64,000 bases of DNA from Podarcis liolepis. Taxonomy: Eukaryota. The stretch lies in NCBI GenBank assembly GCA_965112155.1, contig OZ218101.1. One strand, 5' to 3'. Of the stretch, positions 36,568 through 49,329 are shown piece by piece. Made by a program: the position numbers and the translations under genes. The stretch's first letter is position 1, and each line of letters starts with the position of its first letter. The notes under the pieces are model-generated. The model was not told the DNA's origin and did no database searches. It saw nothing but the letters and a program-made list of their open reading frames with translations.

Positions 36568-39500
36568 GTGAGTACCTTCTTCCTCCATATACGCTCTCTC
36601 TCTCTTTTTTGCCCTCTCGGCTCCCGTCTTTCCAAACACCCCCCCCCCAAGCGGTCTTGCAGGCGAGCCGCGCGGGAAGGCAGAGCCGTAGTGCGCGCTC
36701 GTGTGTGTAGGCAGTGGGCGGCAGGTGGAAGCTCCCCTGTTCGTGTCCTGCCTGGAAATGCTTTTCCACGCGGCTAAATTGCCGCTCCCTCGCTCGCCTC
36801 ATTGTGATCCGAGGCAGGCGGCTGGGAGAAGGTGCTTTCCTTGCCCGGCAAGGCTGGTTTCTCCACTCCAAGCCTCCCCTGCTGAGCAGCTCCCGACGAC
36901 CACTCGGTCGGCGTGTCGAGGAGGGAAGCGACCCGCTCTGCAGCGCCAGGGCTGCCTGGGATCGTGCGCGGTGCCAGGCTCGCGCCTTTCCCTGCAATGT
37001 GTGACTCGTCGCTCTGTGTTTTTTGCCGGGGTGTGGTGTGGTTTTGGCGTGTGTGGAAAGAAGGGTCTCATTCATTGCGTGCCTCCTCGCTATTTTGGAA
37101 GATGCACCTCGGGCTTACTAAGGCTAACCGGCTCGCTTGCTTTTCCCAGGCGCGACCGTCTAGACAGGAGGAGAGAGAGATTGGGGGGGGGGAATCCCCG
37201 GCTTTCCCCCCTCTTTTTCCCCACTCGCGATGACTTGGGTCGCTCCGAAGCAGCCTGTTGCCTCTGCGCTAGAGGAAAAAGCCGCTTGCTTCTCCTTTGC
37301 TCCTTGCTTTGCTTTCCCCGCCTGCAAAGGTCGTGCTGAAGGGCACTTGATGTAGTCAGCCAAGCCTGAGTCGTGATTGCGGGCAGGGCGGAGGGGGTGG
37401 GGGCGACGGAAAGAGGGGGGAGCCCGACACACACCCCTCTTACTCCTCCCCGCCCGCCATGCTCCTCAGCCACTGCAGCTCCCTCCATTGCCCACTCAGG
37501 GAGGGGAAAGGACGCGGTAGTGGTGCCTTGTGTGTGTTTGCAGTATCTACCTCTCTAAAATGGCCACGATGAGATGTGATCGTTCGTGGGGACGGAAGAG
37601 AGAGTGTGAGTTAGGGTTGCCTTCCAGACTCTGCCCAACCCCAAAAGGGTTAATAATGCATCACAGCTCAAGGTTAGTCAAGGTGACACCTTCCCAAGCA
37701 AAGAGGTAATGGAAGGCTGGGTTGGGATCCCTGAGGGAATCAGAGGAGGGGGATGGGGTGACACCGCAACCACCAAGGACAACCACCAAACCACCTTTGG
37801 TACTGACCACACATTTGCTTGGAAGCCGGATTTCATCCTTTTGTCATGCACACCTTTATTTGGGGTAGGCCTGCTTGAGCTGCTGGCAGCAGAGATAAAG
37901 AGAAAAGGTCAGGTGGAAAAGCAAAGGGAGCTTTAGGAATAATAAGTCCTTGAAGGCTGTCTCCTAGCAACTAAACCCAACTTGAATGAGACTGAGGTTC
38001 AGGGCCCATTTAAAAAAAAATAAAGTCAAACCTTAATTTTTTTTCCATTGCTACCCTTCACACACACAAACCTTCCCCCCCCACACACACATACTTTTGC
38101 TTCCTGGTCCAGGACTGAGGCCCTTTCCCCAGTTGACCACCTTGGTTCTGCATTGCACAAGCCGGCTCAAATGCAAAGGACACTGAAGGTTTTCAGGCAA
38201 ACACACAGTTTCTCCTTCTCCATTTGCTTACACCTCCGAAAGGTGCCTGAGCATCAAACTGTTCCCACTGCTTTTCCTTCTTTCAATATGACCCTTCATA
38301 ATGCTTCATGTTGCTGCTGACTGTATCCTAACCTGCTTTGTGGAGAGGGTAGCATTAATTTTGAACAGGCTCCTTTGATGACAGACAATAAGCGCTTAAC
38401 ACAAGCCCCCTCCCTTTGTTGTTAGCAGATAGAAAAGTCTGTGGCAATACCCATAGGGGTAGCATGGAGCATGCCCAGAGCTTTTTGGCATTGGAAGCAT
38501 TTAGATTTGTCTGCCCTTGAAGGGAAGGGGAGGGTGCCCTTGAATCTCCTCCTCCTCCCTCTGCTGAGGTTTCTGCAGGTGATCTTGAGTGTCTCTGTAG
38601 ATCCATCCATCAGAGGAGTTTCCGTCTTATCTAGAACTTTCCATTCCCTTCTAAAACTCTCTGTGCAAATTTAGAAACATCTCTGATTACTAAGGCCAAA
38701 ACAGCAAACGGATCCAAGGAAAGGGGGAGCAGAAAGATTGTTCGTAAGGAATAAGAATGGCTTTATTTAAGAGGACCTGACGTTATAAATAGCTTCTTCT
38801 TTTTTAAAGATAGCTGGGGGAAGAGAAAAGGTTACGGTGTTATTTTTGAAATGATTCACGTATTGGTATAGGAACTTTTTTGTAGTCACCCCTGAGTTTC
38901 TGCCAGCTGCTGCTGCTGCCAGACTTGCACTGTCTCCAGCCAGTCAGTGTCCTGTTGGAAGTGCCGCACATCCGGAGCTTCCCGGTTCAAATCCTTGGCC
39001 GGAGTCTGCATAGAAGGCAGTTGCAAAAGGGGATTCTTGCCCAACGATGGGAGAGGAGCTAGAGTCCACAGAGAGACAGAGCTACAAAATGGGTGTTCAG
39101 ACAAAATCCCGTCTTCAGAGACTCTGTTGCTTAGAATCCCTTAGAAGCAAAGATGCCTGGTTGCTGGAAGGGCCAGTAAAATGTCCTTGATTTCCTCTTT
39201 CTGAACAGCTAGACCAGCTGAGGCTCTTACCTGTGTCCTAGGAAATAAGCTGTTTTGTTTCTTTTATAGCCCATGCACTTTCTTCATATAGTAGATGCCT
39301 TCCATAGCGCACAGTAGGCTGTGTACTTTGATGTGGTTGGTTCTTTGTTAACACCCTGGTCAGAAATCTGACTTAAAACACCTGACTCCTCACTCTCTGA
39401 AGCACTTTGATTTTATTATTATTAAAGTAAAACCTACCCACAGCACCTTGCTGTAAGCGGACATACTCTTTGGCTCGTTACAACAGCACCTCCTATGACT

Positions 39501-39942
39501 GTACTCTGGAAAAAATGTCCAAATCTCTCTGACGTCACAGCTATTTGCCTACTGCTGCCTGGTTACCGAAGAGTGTGTTAGCCCCAAGTGTGCAAAAAAA
39601 AAAAAAAAAGTACTGCTTCTGGTCTCCATGTCTAATTTCCCTCAAAGGAAAACGAAAACAACCCCTATTTGATTAGGGTTTCATCTTTCACCGGCAACTT
39701 CTCTGTATTGGTGTTCACTCCTTTTAAAGGACTATTTTAGCACTTTAGATAGATATTCTTTCCCCCCTTCTGAAGAATATTGGGAAGTGTAGTTTGTTAA
39801 GGGTGCTGACAGTTGTTAGCAGACCCCTGTCCCCCTGAAAGAAATAAAAATATGAGAGCTCCCAGGAAAGAGGGATTGACTGTTAAACCAGAATTGTAGA
39901 TCTGTGGGGAGAATAGGATCTCATAACAACCTTCAGCCCCAC

Positions 39943-40140
39943 TTAGAATCTTAGAGCTGGAAGGGACCCCAGTGCTCATATAGTCCAGCCCCCTGCAATG
40001 CAGGAATCTCAGCTAAAGCATCCATGACAGGTGGTCACCCAACCTCTCCTGTTTAAAAACCTCCAAGGAAGGAGAGTCCACCACCTCTCATGGGAGACGG
40101 TTTCACTGCTGAGCAGCTCTTACTGTCAGAAAGTTTTCCT
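39943..40140 (-). mobile_element. CR1 3' fragment inserted into a DNA-transposon remnant (39765-40234)
   Basis: TAGAATCTTAGAGCTGGAAGGGACC...GGAGAGTCCACCACCTC...AAAGTTTTCCT. The host element resumes at 40141, with CTTA on both sides. Confidence 0.75.
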
Positions 40141-40289
40141 CTTAACAAGCTGCAGTTCCCAGGATTCTTTGGGAGAAGCAGTGACTGTTTAAAGTGGCAT
40201 AATGCTGCTTTAAATGTGTAGTGCAGATGGGGCCTCCAATACTTTATTTATTTATTGCCTTTATTTCTCAACTTCTTATTCGACATGCA

Positions 40290-40432
40290 TGGTTCTCCCT
40301 CTCATTTAATCCCCACAACAACCCAGTGAGGTAGGTTAGGCTGAGAAGCATTGACTGGCCCAAGGTCACCCAGTAAGTGGGGATTTGAACCCTGGCCTTC
40401 TAGGTCCTAGCCTGACGCTCTAACAGCTACAC
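40290..40432 (-). mobile_element. MIR-like/CORE SINE
   Basis: CTCATTTAATCCCCACAACAACCCAGTGAGGTAGGTTAGGCTGAGA...CCCAAGGTCACCCAG...GGGATTTGAACCC; a plus-strand relative lies at ~53330-53470. Confidence 0.6.
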
Positions 40433-40915
40433 CCATTTGTAGTCTTGCACTGGGTCTCTTAAGTACCAACATGTTTGCTGCTGTGGACTTCTTAGTACAA
40501 AAAACAATAGGGCATGAGTTGGCATCTTCACCCAGTAGGGCTGCCTTGTGATGCCTAGCACAACATGTTATAGAGGTAATCCCTCTAAAGTAGCAACTGA
40601 TAAAACTAGATTTCAGTATGCACACAATTCCTGGGAACAACCCTCGTAATAAAGTTTTATGTCCCCCTTTGCCTTCCCTTAACCAGAACAAAAACCCTTT
40701 AATTGCATCTGTAATTTGCGTATGAATCTAGCTGATTACAACTCAAGTGCAGTCAAATGTGTGACTTTTACAAGATGCGTTTATTAATGCACTACATAAA
40801 AGCAAGCTAAAAGTTGTTTGGCCACATAGGACCACAGGGCCACAGTTGAAATAAATGCTGGGCAAAAGGCATTTTGACTCTGGAGATCTGCCATACTTGG
40901 TGTTTCTTGATGTAT

Positions 40916-41048
40916 TCATAGAGATGGAAGGGACCCCAAGGGTCAGCTAGTCCAACCCCCTGCAATGCAGGAATATGCAGGTGGCCGGTATGGGGATTGA
41001 ACCCACAACCGTGGCGTTATCAGTTCCATGATCTAACCATCTGAGCTA
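40916..41048 (-). mobile_element. SINE with tRNA-Ile-like head and CR1 tail
   Basis: Minus strand reads TAGCTCAGATGGTTAGATCATGGAACTGATAACGCCACGGTTGTGGGTTCAATCCCCATACCGGCCA followed by the CR1 tail. Confidence 0.75.
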
Positions 41049-42438
41049 CATGGAATTGAATTTTCATGCATCTTCAGATAGGGATGTGACTCCCCCAAAC
41101 TGGGTCACAGTCACAGGCACATTTACTTGGTGGTGAGGGCTCATTTACACTGGTGCAAGAGTTTCTAGCCACCTCCCTGTGCCTAACTAAGTGCTCTCTG
41201 TCATTGCATGTAGCCCATGTATTTCTGTGCTCATAGGAACCTAGCCCACATAATCCACAGTAGCTCTTTCCTATTCTGATGGGTCCCATGTAAAGGCCCT
41301 GCAGAATCATGTGTGTACGTTCTTGCCCGCATGTTGTGGTCTACTGCAAAGCAGGGGTTGGGCAGGTATGATAGGTCCAAGGTTCACTCCATGACCTGCT
41401 ATGTTTAGAGCCTATTATAGTGAGACCCACCATAAAATTCTGCAGTGGATCCTCCTTTCTTAAAGGAATGCTCCCATTAAATTTTCAACCAGTCAATTTC
41501 TCTAAGTAGGGCATTCCACTCTCTTCCTCCTCTCCATGTTCTGTTTCTAAGCGATCACCCTACATTCTGTGCCTCCTACACATGCTCAGACCTTTCAGAC
41601 TGTGTCTTCCCCCTCATGGTTTTTGTTATGTTTTTGTAAATACTTCTGCAAACCTCAACATTTCGCTAGCCACCCAGATGCTTCCCTGTTGTTTCTTGGG
41701 GTCCCCATTTTGACTGCAGTACTATTGGCACTCACTGCTTGTGTTCACTGTTAGAATTTGTGGTGCTGGGGCAAAGAGTGAACTGGCTTTGAATCCCACC
41801 AAGGGCATAAGTAGATCAAACAAAAAATCCACCCAAATCCATCATTCTGTTTCCAACAATGGGCAGAAAGCAATAGGTATTAATTTTTCTGCATTTGGAG
41901 GTTCCACGTGTCTGTCATGGCTAATAACCATCAATGAACAGAACTATGGCCCACATTTTTTTCTGTACTATATAAGATTAAGGCCATTGAGCTCTACAGA
42001 ACTTCTAAGTAAATGTTCTTAGTATTGCTGCCTCTGTGAACAGCAGTCCTGACACTCTGCCAGAGAGAAAGAGAGAGATACGATACCACAAATAGTATGT
42101 TCAGGCTATTTTCAATGACATGTTATTCTTTGAGGGCATTGCCTTTGGGGTGCTGTAACAGGATTTCCTGTAGCCCTCCAGATGTTATTGGACTCCAACT
42201 CCCATCACCCTTCCTCACTGGCCATGCTGCTTGGGGCTGATGGGAGTTGAAGTCCAACAACATCTCTGGTTGGGCTCCATCACTTTTGAACCCCCTTCCA
42301 ACTCCGTGGTGTTTAATTGCAATTGTTGCAGAGCTTGGTGCTTGTAATCTTGAGAAGCTGCTGGGTACCCAAATGGCCTCTTGCATAATTAGCCTTCCAT
42401 CCTTGACTGTTGTGTGTTTATTTTTTCTCTTGCCACAG

Positions 42439-42567
42439 TTAAGATCTTACTCTTCTATGTGATCTTCTACGGCTGCCTGGCTGGGATCTTCATTGGGACC
42501 ATTCAAGTCATGCTGCTCACCATCAGCGAATTCGAGCCCAAGTATCAGGACCGAGTAGCACCCCCAG
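42439..42567 (+). CDS. ATP1B1: Na+/K+-ATPase beta-1 subunit, exon 2 (transmembrane helix)
   Basis: Polypyrimidine tract plus CAG|; encodes [43 protein letters not shown]; 129 nt; donor G|GTAACA. Phase matches exon 1, and YGCLAG is the beta-1-type cysteine motif. Confidence 0.98.
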
Positions 42568-44359
42568 GTAACAATGTGCACTGATGAGGGGCACTGGTCA
42601 AAGCTCCCCCACACCCACACCCACAGAAGGAGTGGTGTGTGCTTGCTTATTGTGCCACAGTGGATTTTATTTAGAGCTGCTGGATTTGGTCTGCCTCTTT
42701 CAATAGCTGCATGGCCTTCTTTATTTCCTCAAAACTTGTAGGGTCAGGCACAGATGAACTGGTAGTCTACTGTAACAAAGAAGGAAATTTTGGCTTGCCT
42801 GTTGTTTCACTAGGATGCAGAGCCTGCTCAATCTCAGGCAGCAGGTTCCACAGAGAGCAGCAGATCTGGCTCCCAAGGAATGCATAACCCATTACTACTA
42901 CTACTTCTGCTGCTGCTGCTGCAGCGGCAGCAATGGCTGCATCACACTCTTTGGGGGCCAGATCTGCCACTTCCTCTGCACTCCCCCCCCCACAGCAGTG
43001 CCGCTTCTCTTGGTGAATAGGAGGCACCGCTAATCTTCTCCCGCCCCTAGTAAAGAAATGGTGGGGGCTGCCTTCTGGGGTCTCCCAGGCTCTGTATCTT
43101 CCTGGTGAGACTCAGAGCAGGACTTTTCTCTCCCCACCGACAGCCTTCGATTCCGACTTAAACCGTTGGGTAAGATTGATTTCCCCTCTTGTTCCTGATG
43201 TAGATCTTCACTCATCTCTTCTTCGCTGGCTGGGGTGCATGTGTCATTTTTTGTGGTTTGCCTCAGGTGCCAAAATGCCTTGGGCCAGCCTTGCTAGAAA
43301 AGTGTGCCCTCCAGTTCTCGGTGTAATTTCCCAATGGGTTTTTATCTCATTGCTCCTCTAGTAAGTTCAGGTAAGTTCAGAGCAACAACCTCTGTGACCT
43401 TAGGCCAAGATTGCTTTGCTCAAGGCTTTGTAACAGAGTTGAGTTTTAAGGCTGGGCATCCAAGCCCAATACTCTAACCTGATAGTCTTCCACCTTTTCA
43501 GACCTGAGACCCACCTTTAGCCTCCTATGTGCATTTTGGGGGACCGCTTCTTAGTTTTGAACCATATATTTGTATTTGTGGTGCCATTTGGGCCCACCTC
43601 AGGTATAGCTGTGATTCATTAGAGCAAGGCTAGAGAAGCTGTGGGGATAGATGTGCAGTTGGGCTCCAAGTCCCATTGTCCCTCACCATTGGCCATGGGC
43701 AGAAGTCCAACAACATCTGGAGGACCTCAGGTTCCCCACCTGTCATTCAGTAGTGAGCTCTGTTCCACCAACTGAAGACCATTCAGTCTTCAACTGATGG
43801 GCTGGGAGCCAAAGTTAGTTGGGACCTCATCTTTATTGGCACAATTACCACTTGTTATTATGGTTTACTCTCCATTAAAAAAAGTGTGGATAGGGGAGAG
43901 AGAAGGGTCACTTCCAGACTATTAGTATTTGGTGGGAGGGATTGAATCACTGGCTGCCTATTTAGATTTGCTCTATTAAAGTGGATTAAAGTGCTAATGT
44001 GCTCTGACACAACAAATTCACTTTCTAAGAAAGCAGACTTTTATTGCTTAGGGCACGTCAGCTCTGAGAGCTCCAGAAATGAAGATGAAGGACTCCTATC
44101 TCCCTCATAGTTGTATGGCATCAAATATTTCAGGAGAAGCTGCTTCTGGTAAAATTCTCTCTTCTACATACCTGTTGAAGGAGCAAGAGCCCTGCTGCCC
44201 ACCTTTGCTTCTGGGCACCCTGGAGAGAAAATCAGGAAAAGGCAGAGCTGTGCATCAGCTAATGTAAACTTGATCCTTTGTTGCGTATTAGGATTCTGTG
44301 TCTGATTAGACTGCAGACCATTCCACATGGGCTTATTTGTGCTTCATCTTCATGGTACA

Positions 44360-44495
44360 ATGTCCAGAGGGGTAGTTGTGTTTAGTCCGTTGCAGCAAAA
44401 AACACATAAGGAGTCTTATAGCACCTTCAAGACTAACATATTTATTATGGCCCAAGCTTTTACAGAACAGAACCCACTTCATCAGACACATGAAG
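44360..44495 (-). mobile_element. Penelope-like (Neptune-type) terminal-repeat remnant
   Basis: Minus strand reads CTGATGAAGTGGGTTCTGTTCTGTAAAAGCTTGGGCCATAATAAATATGTTAGTCTTGAAGGTGCTATAAGACTCC. Confidence 0.65.
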
Positions 44496-45180
44496 TTGAC
44501 AGGCGTGTGTGTACACACATATGCTAGTGTAGTGGGGGGGGGGAGTAGCGAGCAATTGGGTCAAATGGCAGCAAAAACCAGAAAGTGCAGCCAGTCACAA
44601 TTCAGTTAAGTGACTGCTAATTGATAATAATGCAACCATTCTAGTGTTGCTAAGTTAATTTAAAGTTTCCATTCTTCAACAAAGGCACTTTAAAGGGAGA
44701 CTTCCCGCACGAAGCCACTGAATTACAATTAATCAAGAAGTTCTGTCTGTTTGGACGTGAAGAGGGACTGTGTTGTCTTGTCCCACTCCATGTGCTAATC
44801 AGCGTACCAAACATGGGTGATTATGGGATCACCAGTTACTGCTGCTGGGAAGGGTCACTGTGCTTATTTTGCACACACCAAACTTTTAATCGAATTAGGA
44901 ACATAGGAAGCTGTCTTGTACCAAGTCAGATCTTTGGTCCTTCTAACTCAGTATTGTCTGCACTGACTGGCAGCAGTTCTCCCCCATCCCACCTGGAAAT
45001 GGCGGGGATTGAATCTGGAACCTTTTGCATGCAAAGCAGAGGCTCTACTACTGAGCTACAGCCTTTCCCCAGCTGTCACAGACTATACATTTTGCATTTA
45101 ATTTCCATTTTACTCTACTGTTTTAACCATTCACACCCATAAGGAATATTATATACCTGCCAACTGAGAATAATATCTCA

Positions 45181-45265
45181 ATTATGAAGGGGGGTCTAGT
45201 CCACAAGAGCTTATGCCATAACAAATGTGTTAGCCTTTAAGGGGCCGCAAGAATATTTGTTGTCT
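45181..45265 (+). mobile_element. Penelope-like terminal-repeat remnant
   Basis: ATGAAGGGGGGTCTAGTCCACAAGAGCTTATGCCATAACAAATGTGTTAGCCTTTAAGGGGCCGCAAG is homologous to 44360-44495 in the opposite orientation. Confidence 0.55.
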
Positions 45266-46475
45266 ATGTGGCACAATACCTTCCTGTTGCCTTGAGTTAC
45301 TTCTTGTGGATTGCAAACACATCTAAGCTGTGTTAAGCACTGTCACTCATCACAGGGCAAACTGGGTTTCCCACCAGGTATTTGCTGTCTGCTTGCCATT
45401 TCAGGCTAAAAGTAGGCGGTTCTACTTTCAGTTCAGTCATGACTCTGTTAGCATTTAACCATTTGTGCAGACTGCACAATAAGATTCTCTTGGACCTTTA
45501 TCTCGGATGTTCACAGGGTGGGTTGGGCATGTGTCTCTAGATATTGCTGGATTCCAATTCCTATCAGCCCCAGCCAGCAGGGCCCAAAGGTTGATACAAT
45601 GGGAGTTGTGGAACAGTAAGAGCTTGAAGGGCTCTGGGTTCTCAACCTGCAGCTTACAGTCTGCATTAGGGAAGAAAACACTGTGATTCAGATCAGCAGC
45701 GATGCAGAAGGGGATCATTTAGTGAACGGAGGGGGCACAGTTAGGGCAGTTCAGAAAAGCCATTGCAGTTAGAAATATTTAGTGGAAGAAGGAGCAGGAT
45801 GAATGCAGGATAAAAGGATGTTCTGGAAATAGGGTGCAGCCTGGCACAAGGCACACGGAAAATGGAAAGAATTTTCGTTTCAGTTCATTTCAAACTTTAA
45901 TACACCATGCTTCCTTGCAAATTTATCTAAAGCGGTCTACAAATTTAAATTCTCAACAACAAGAATACAAGAATTCCATGAAACCATTAACAGCAGAGTG
46001 GAAAATTCCTAAAGTTAATTTATGCCTGAAAGACATAAAATCATAAAAACGCCTCTGAGGGTGTCCTAACCTGGCATCTAAATAAGAGCAGAGCAGAGCG
46101 AGTGCCAACCATGTTTCTTTGAGGAGGGTATTTCACAAGTGAGGTGCCAGTGATGAAAAGGCTCTGCCTGTCCAGGAGGTGTCACTACTGGCAAATGGGC
46201 ATGAGCTGATAAAATGCACACTATGCCACTGATGATAGCTGGACAACAGATGATTGTGCGCAAAACAGAATACTGTAAAGGAGTAGAAGTTACCTGGAGA
46301 TGAGGGAAGGGTTAGTTCTGGTGGATTCTCATCTCCTGCGTATTCCTCTTCGCAGCTTAGAGGCAGGACTATCCCCAGCACAGCAGTTCTCTGTTCATAT
46401 ATGAACCAAGGAACAATAATGTGTGCATACAGTCCAGGATAAATGTTAGCACAGTTGTCGACAGTATATATATAT

Positions 46476-46717
46476 ATGCAGGTTTTGGTGTCTTCGGGTG
46501 TCTTCCCGTGTAAGAGTTGGGGTGTCTAGGCGACGTTTCGACGAGGTCTCACTCGTCATCTTCAGGCTGGTGCTTTCGGCTATGGTGCCGAAAGCACCAG
46601 CCTGAAGATGACGAGTGAGACCTCGTCGAAACGTCGCCTAGACACCCCAACTCTTACACGGGAAGACACCCGAAGACACCAAAACCTGCATTCCTGTACC
46701 CGTGAAAATCTACGAAA

Positions 46718-46719
<2 letters not shown>
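46476..46719. mobile_element. Penelope-like element inverted terminal-repeat insertion (perfect 105-bp-arm palindrome plus 28-nt unpaired tail) in a (TA)n tract
   Basis: 46476-46580 is the exact reverse complement of 46587-46691, with loop TATGGT; the tail is 46692-46719. It is CpG-rich and flanked by (TA)n on both sides. Confidence 0.8.
46596..46641 (+). ncRNA. Minimal type-I hammerhead-ribozyme-like motif (mirror copy on the - strand in the left arm)
   Basis: CUGAAGA (46602-46608), an extra U, stem II GACGAG/CUCGUC, then GAAAC-GUC (46628-46635) with a palindromic ACGU mini stem III. Stem I pairing is short. Confidence 0.55.

Positions 46720-46765
<46 letters not shown>
46720..46765. repeat. 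(AT)n microsatellite
   Basis: Direct reading; a shorter TA run lies at 46465-46477. Confidence 0.97.
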
Positions 46766-46769
<4 letters not shown>

Positions 46770-49329
46770 CACATCCTTAGATTCAAAAGCAGCCCCAAAG
46801 TAAACGAGAGAATGATGTGCTGTCATTGAGTCTAATAATCCCTAAAGGGGCAATTACTGGTTTAGAGTAATGCCTAGCTTCATTTAAAGCTACCAAGGCA
46901 CAGCATCCAGGGCTTGATCCTGGCTCCATTGCAGGGGACAAGACACCCAGCATAAGTTGTGGGTAGTATCCAACACTTCCTGTCTGCAGTGGCATCTCCT
47001 TGCATAACATAACACCTCCCCCTTTCCTTCTGCAGCTTCCCATGCCCTCAAAATCTGCTCCAGGGAGCCAGGGGAAAGTGGGGAAGGGAAAGTCTCACTG
47101 AATGAGAGGAAAATCACTTGCAGAGTGTTGGATACAACCTTAACTTTCTGCCATCCCTCACGTGCCAACCCAAGCAGCCCCCTTGAGTGCTTGCAGTCTG
47201 GTGCTGGGAGTCTTAAATTGTGCTCAGAACATCTGCTTTCTAATCTAGGCTAGCTGCTAAATAAATTAACTACCTTCCGTTTTGCCCCTTGGGCTATAAT
47301 CTGAATTTTGCTTATTCAGATGTTGAAACTGTCCATTACACTTGTCTAGAAATATGTTTAGGATTGGAGTGGCGTTGGTTGGGCTGGGGAACAATCTGTG
47401 ACATGAAAGGATAACATGAAACTTCACAGGGGTCTTGACTTTTAGCTTATTTGTTAGCCCCTGTGAGCACTGATAAACTAGCATGATCCCCACTAGTATG
47501 AATATTTCATTGATAATTATTCGCTGATGAAGACTTTATTCCAAAACAGTTGAACTATTCCAGATATATTGTCCTTTTGAGACTTCAGAGAGATGCCTTC
47601 CTTTGAGACTTTTGTGAGACGTCTTCCTTTGAGAGATGACTTGGCGTTCCTCGCTATTCATTGATTTGTTTGATTCTTTGACTTTGATACATATAACTTG
47701 TAGTTACTTGTATATTTTGTGAGATATGTTGTATGATATACACATTATTTTGAAGTGGCTTATTTGTATATTTTGAATGACATCATAACCGATTATATAT
47801 TCACTAACGGTTAGTAGCCAGCGTGTTGCGTTTGCATTTTTTGTAGATTGTTACGTTTTGCAACACGGGGCTTTGTGTTTGTTCAGTCCCATGTAGCTCT
47901 GGCATGGCGAAACTAAAGCTTCCATGACTATTTTTTTTGGGGGGTGTGCTTTAAATGTAGGGTGTGTACACAGTCATTGAGAAAATGACTGTTAACCTGT
48001 GCCTATAAGCTGGCCATATGTAAGTAAGCAGGATGATTTGACAGAACAGCAACTACCCTGCTTGCTCCACCAAGCCTCTATCAAACATTATCCATTCCCA
48101 GCAGTTAGTAGGAACCAGCTGTGTGTGCGCGCGCATGGAGTCTTGCAACTGCTAGTTTCCACATTACAAATGACCCCAGGGTTGCTTGATGCTGGAGGCA
48201 GTCATCATTTATGCCTCCCTCCCTCCTTCCCTCCCTCTTGCTCACTATAAAACTCTTCAGAAGCTTTAAATAGCAGTATAATATTTAAACGGCTGCAGCA
48301 GCACTGCCAGAATGCTGCTTGGTGGGCTAACTCCCACTGCGAAATGCATTTCCTCCTTACTGAATCCCCAGCAAGGCCTGCACACACTCATGTTGAGATC
48401 AAGTTGAACCACTGTGTTTTTTCCATTGGCTGCCCCCATTTTAAGCAAAGATGTCGGTTCAGGATGCAAGTTGGAACAAATGTTGGAACATTGTATTTTT
48501 AATGCTACTGTAGCTGGTCGCTGTTCCTTGTAGCAGTGAGTAAACAGCTCTCACAAGTGCAGGTGGCAAGCACAGTATTAATTCTCAATTATTGGGGTGA
48601 TCAGGCATAGGTAGCAGACAAAGGGTGGTCTCCGACTATCTTTTTCCGTCTCTGCAAGGATTTTTGCTTGCACAGAACTCACCACCACCACCACTCCCCA
48701 CCCTGTCCCGGAGTCTGTTCTGGAGGATTATGGGGAAAACCAAGAGTCAGTTTAAGTGGCATGCAGAGGGCGACTAGGGGAAGTTCTGTTGTGCCAGTGA
48801 AAATCCTTATGTTGATGGAATGAGTTACTTGGATATAGTCCAAGGACCCTACTCTAAATGCACCCGTGCATTTTCTCCCATAAATTAAGTAAGGCCCTCG
48901 AGGACACTGTTGAAGGCAAAACTGAACACTCTTGACACTGGGTGGCCCAGCCACTATCAACAGAGTTAGCCTAAGCTTCTGGGGGGTATATTGTTTACCA
49001 CAATCCCCTCCAGGGACTGTTGTCATACGAGAGCCCTACACATGTACTGGTGGATGTTTTGCTAGGACTGTAATATAAATGGCAAACATTAGGCTACTCA
49101 GTGGACTACGCAGTTCAATATATTATGCGAAATAGCTATCATTTTAAAGAAAAACATTATGCATGGAATTCTAAAACATTGAATAATAAGGGCTTGAAAA
49201 GTTCAGTCTGGGAGTATTTATACCTCAGGCAATAATCTGATAAATTGGTGTTGCACGCCACATTGCTAGATTTCTCCTACTGTGTTGTGTAGAGTCATCC
49301 ATTGTCCCTTATTTTTAAAGTGTCATTAT

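Larger units (their letters stand above)
34960..37520. promoter_or_regulatory. CpG island spanning the ATP1B1 promoter, exon 1 and 5' part of intron 1
   Basis: Abrupt rise in GC and CpG density relative to the CpG-depleted flanks. Confidence 0.9.

Noticed and set aside
34781-37558. Many long overlapping ORFs (up to 281 aa) on both strands
   Set aside because: Stop-codon scarcity in the CpG island; low-complexity Arg/Pro/Gly translations. Only 36471-36567 is recognisably coding.
46580-46829. ORFs with IYIYIY runs
   Set aside because: Translation of the (AT)n tract and the palindrome.
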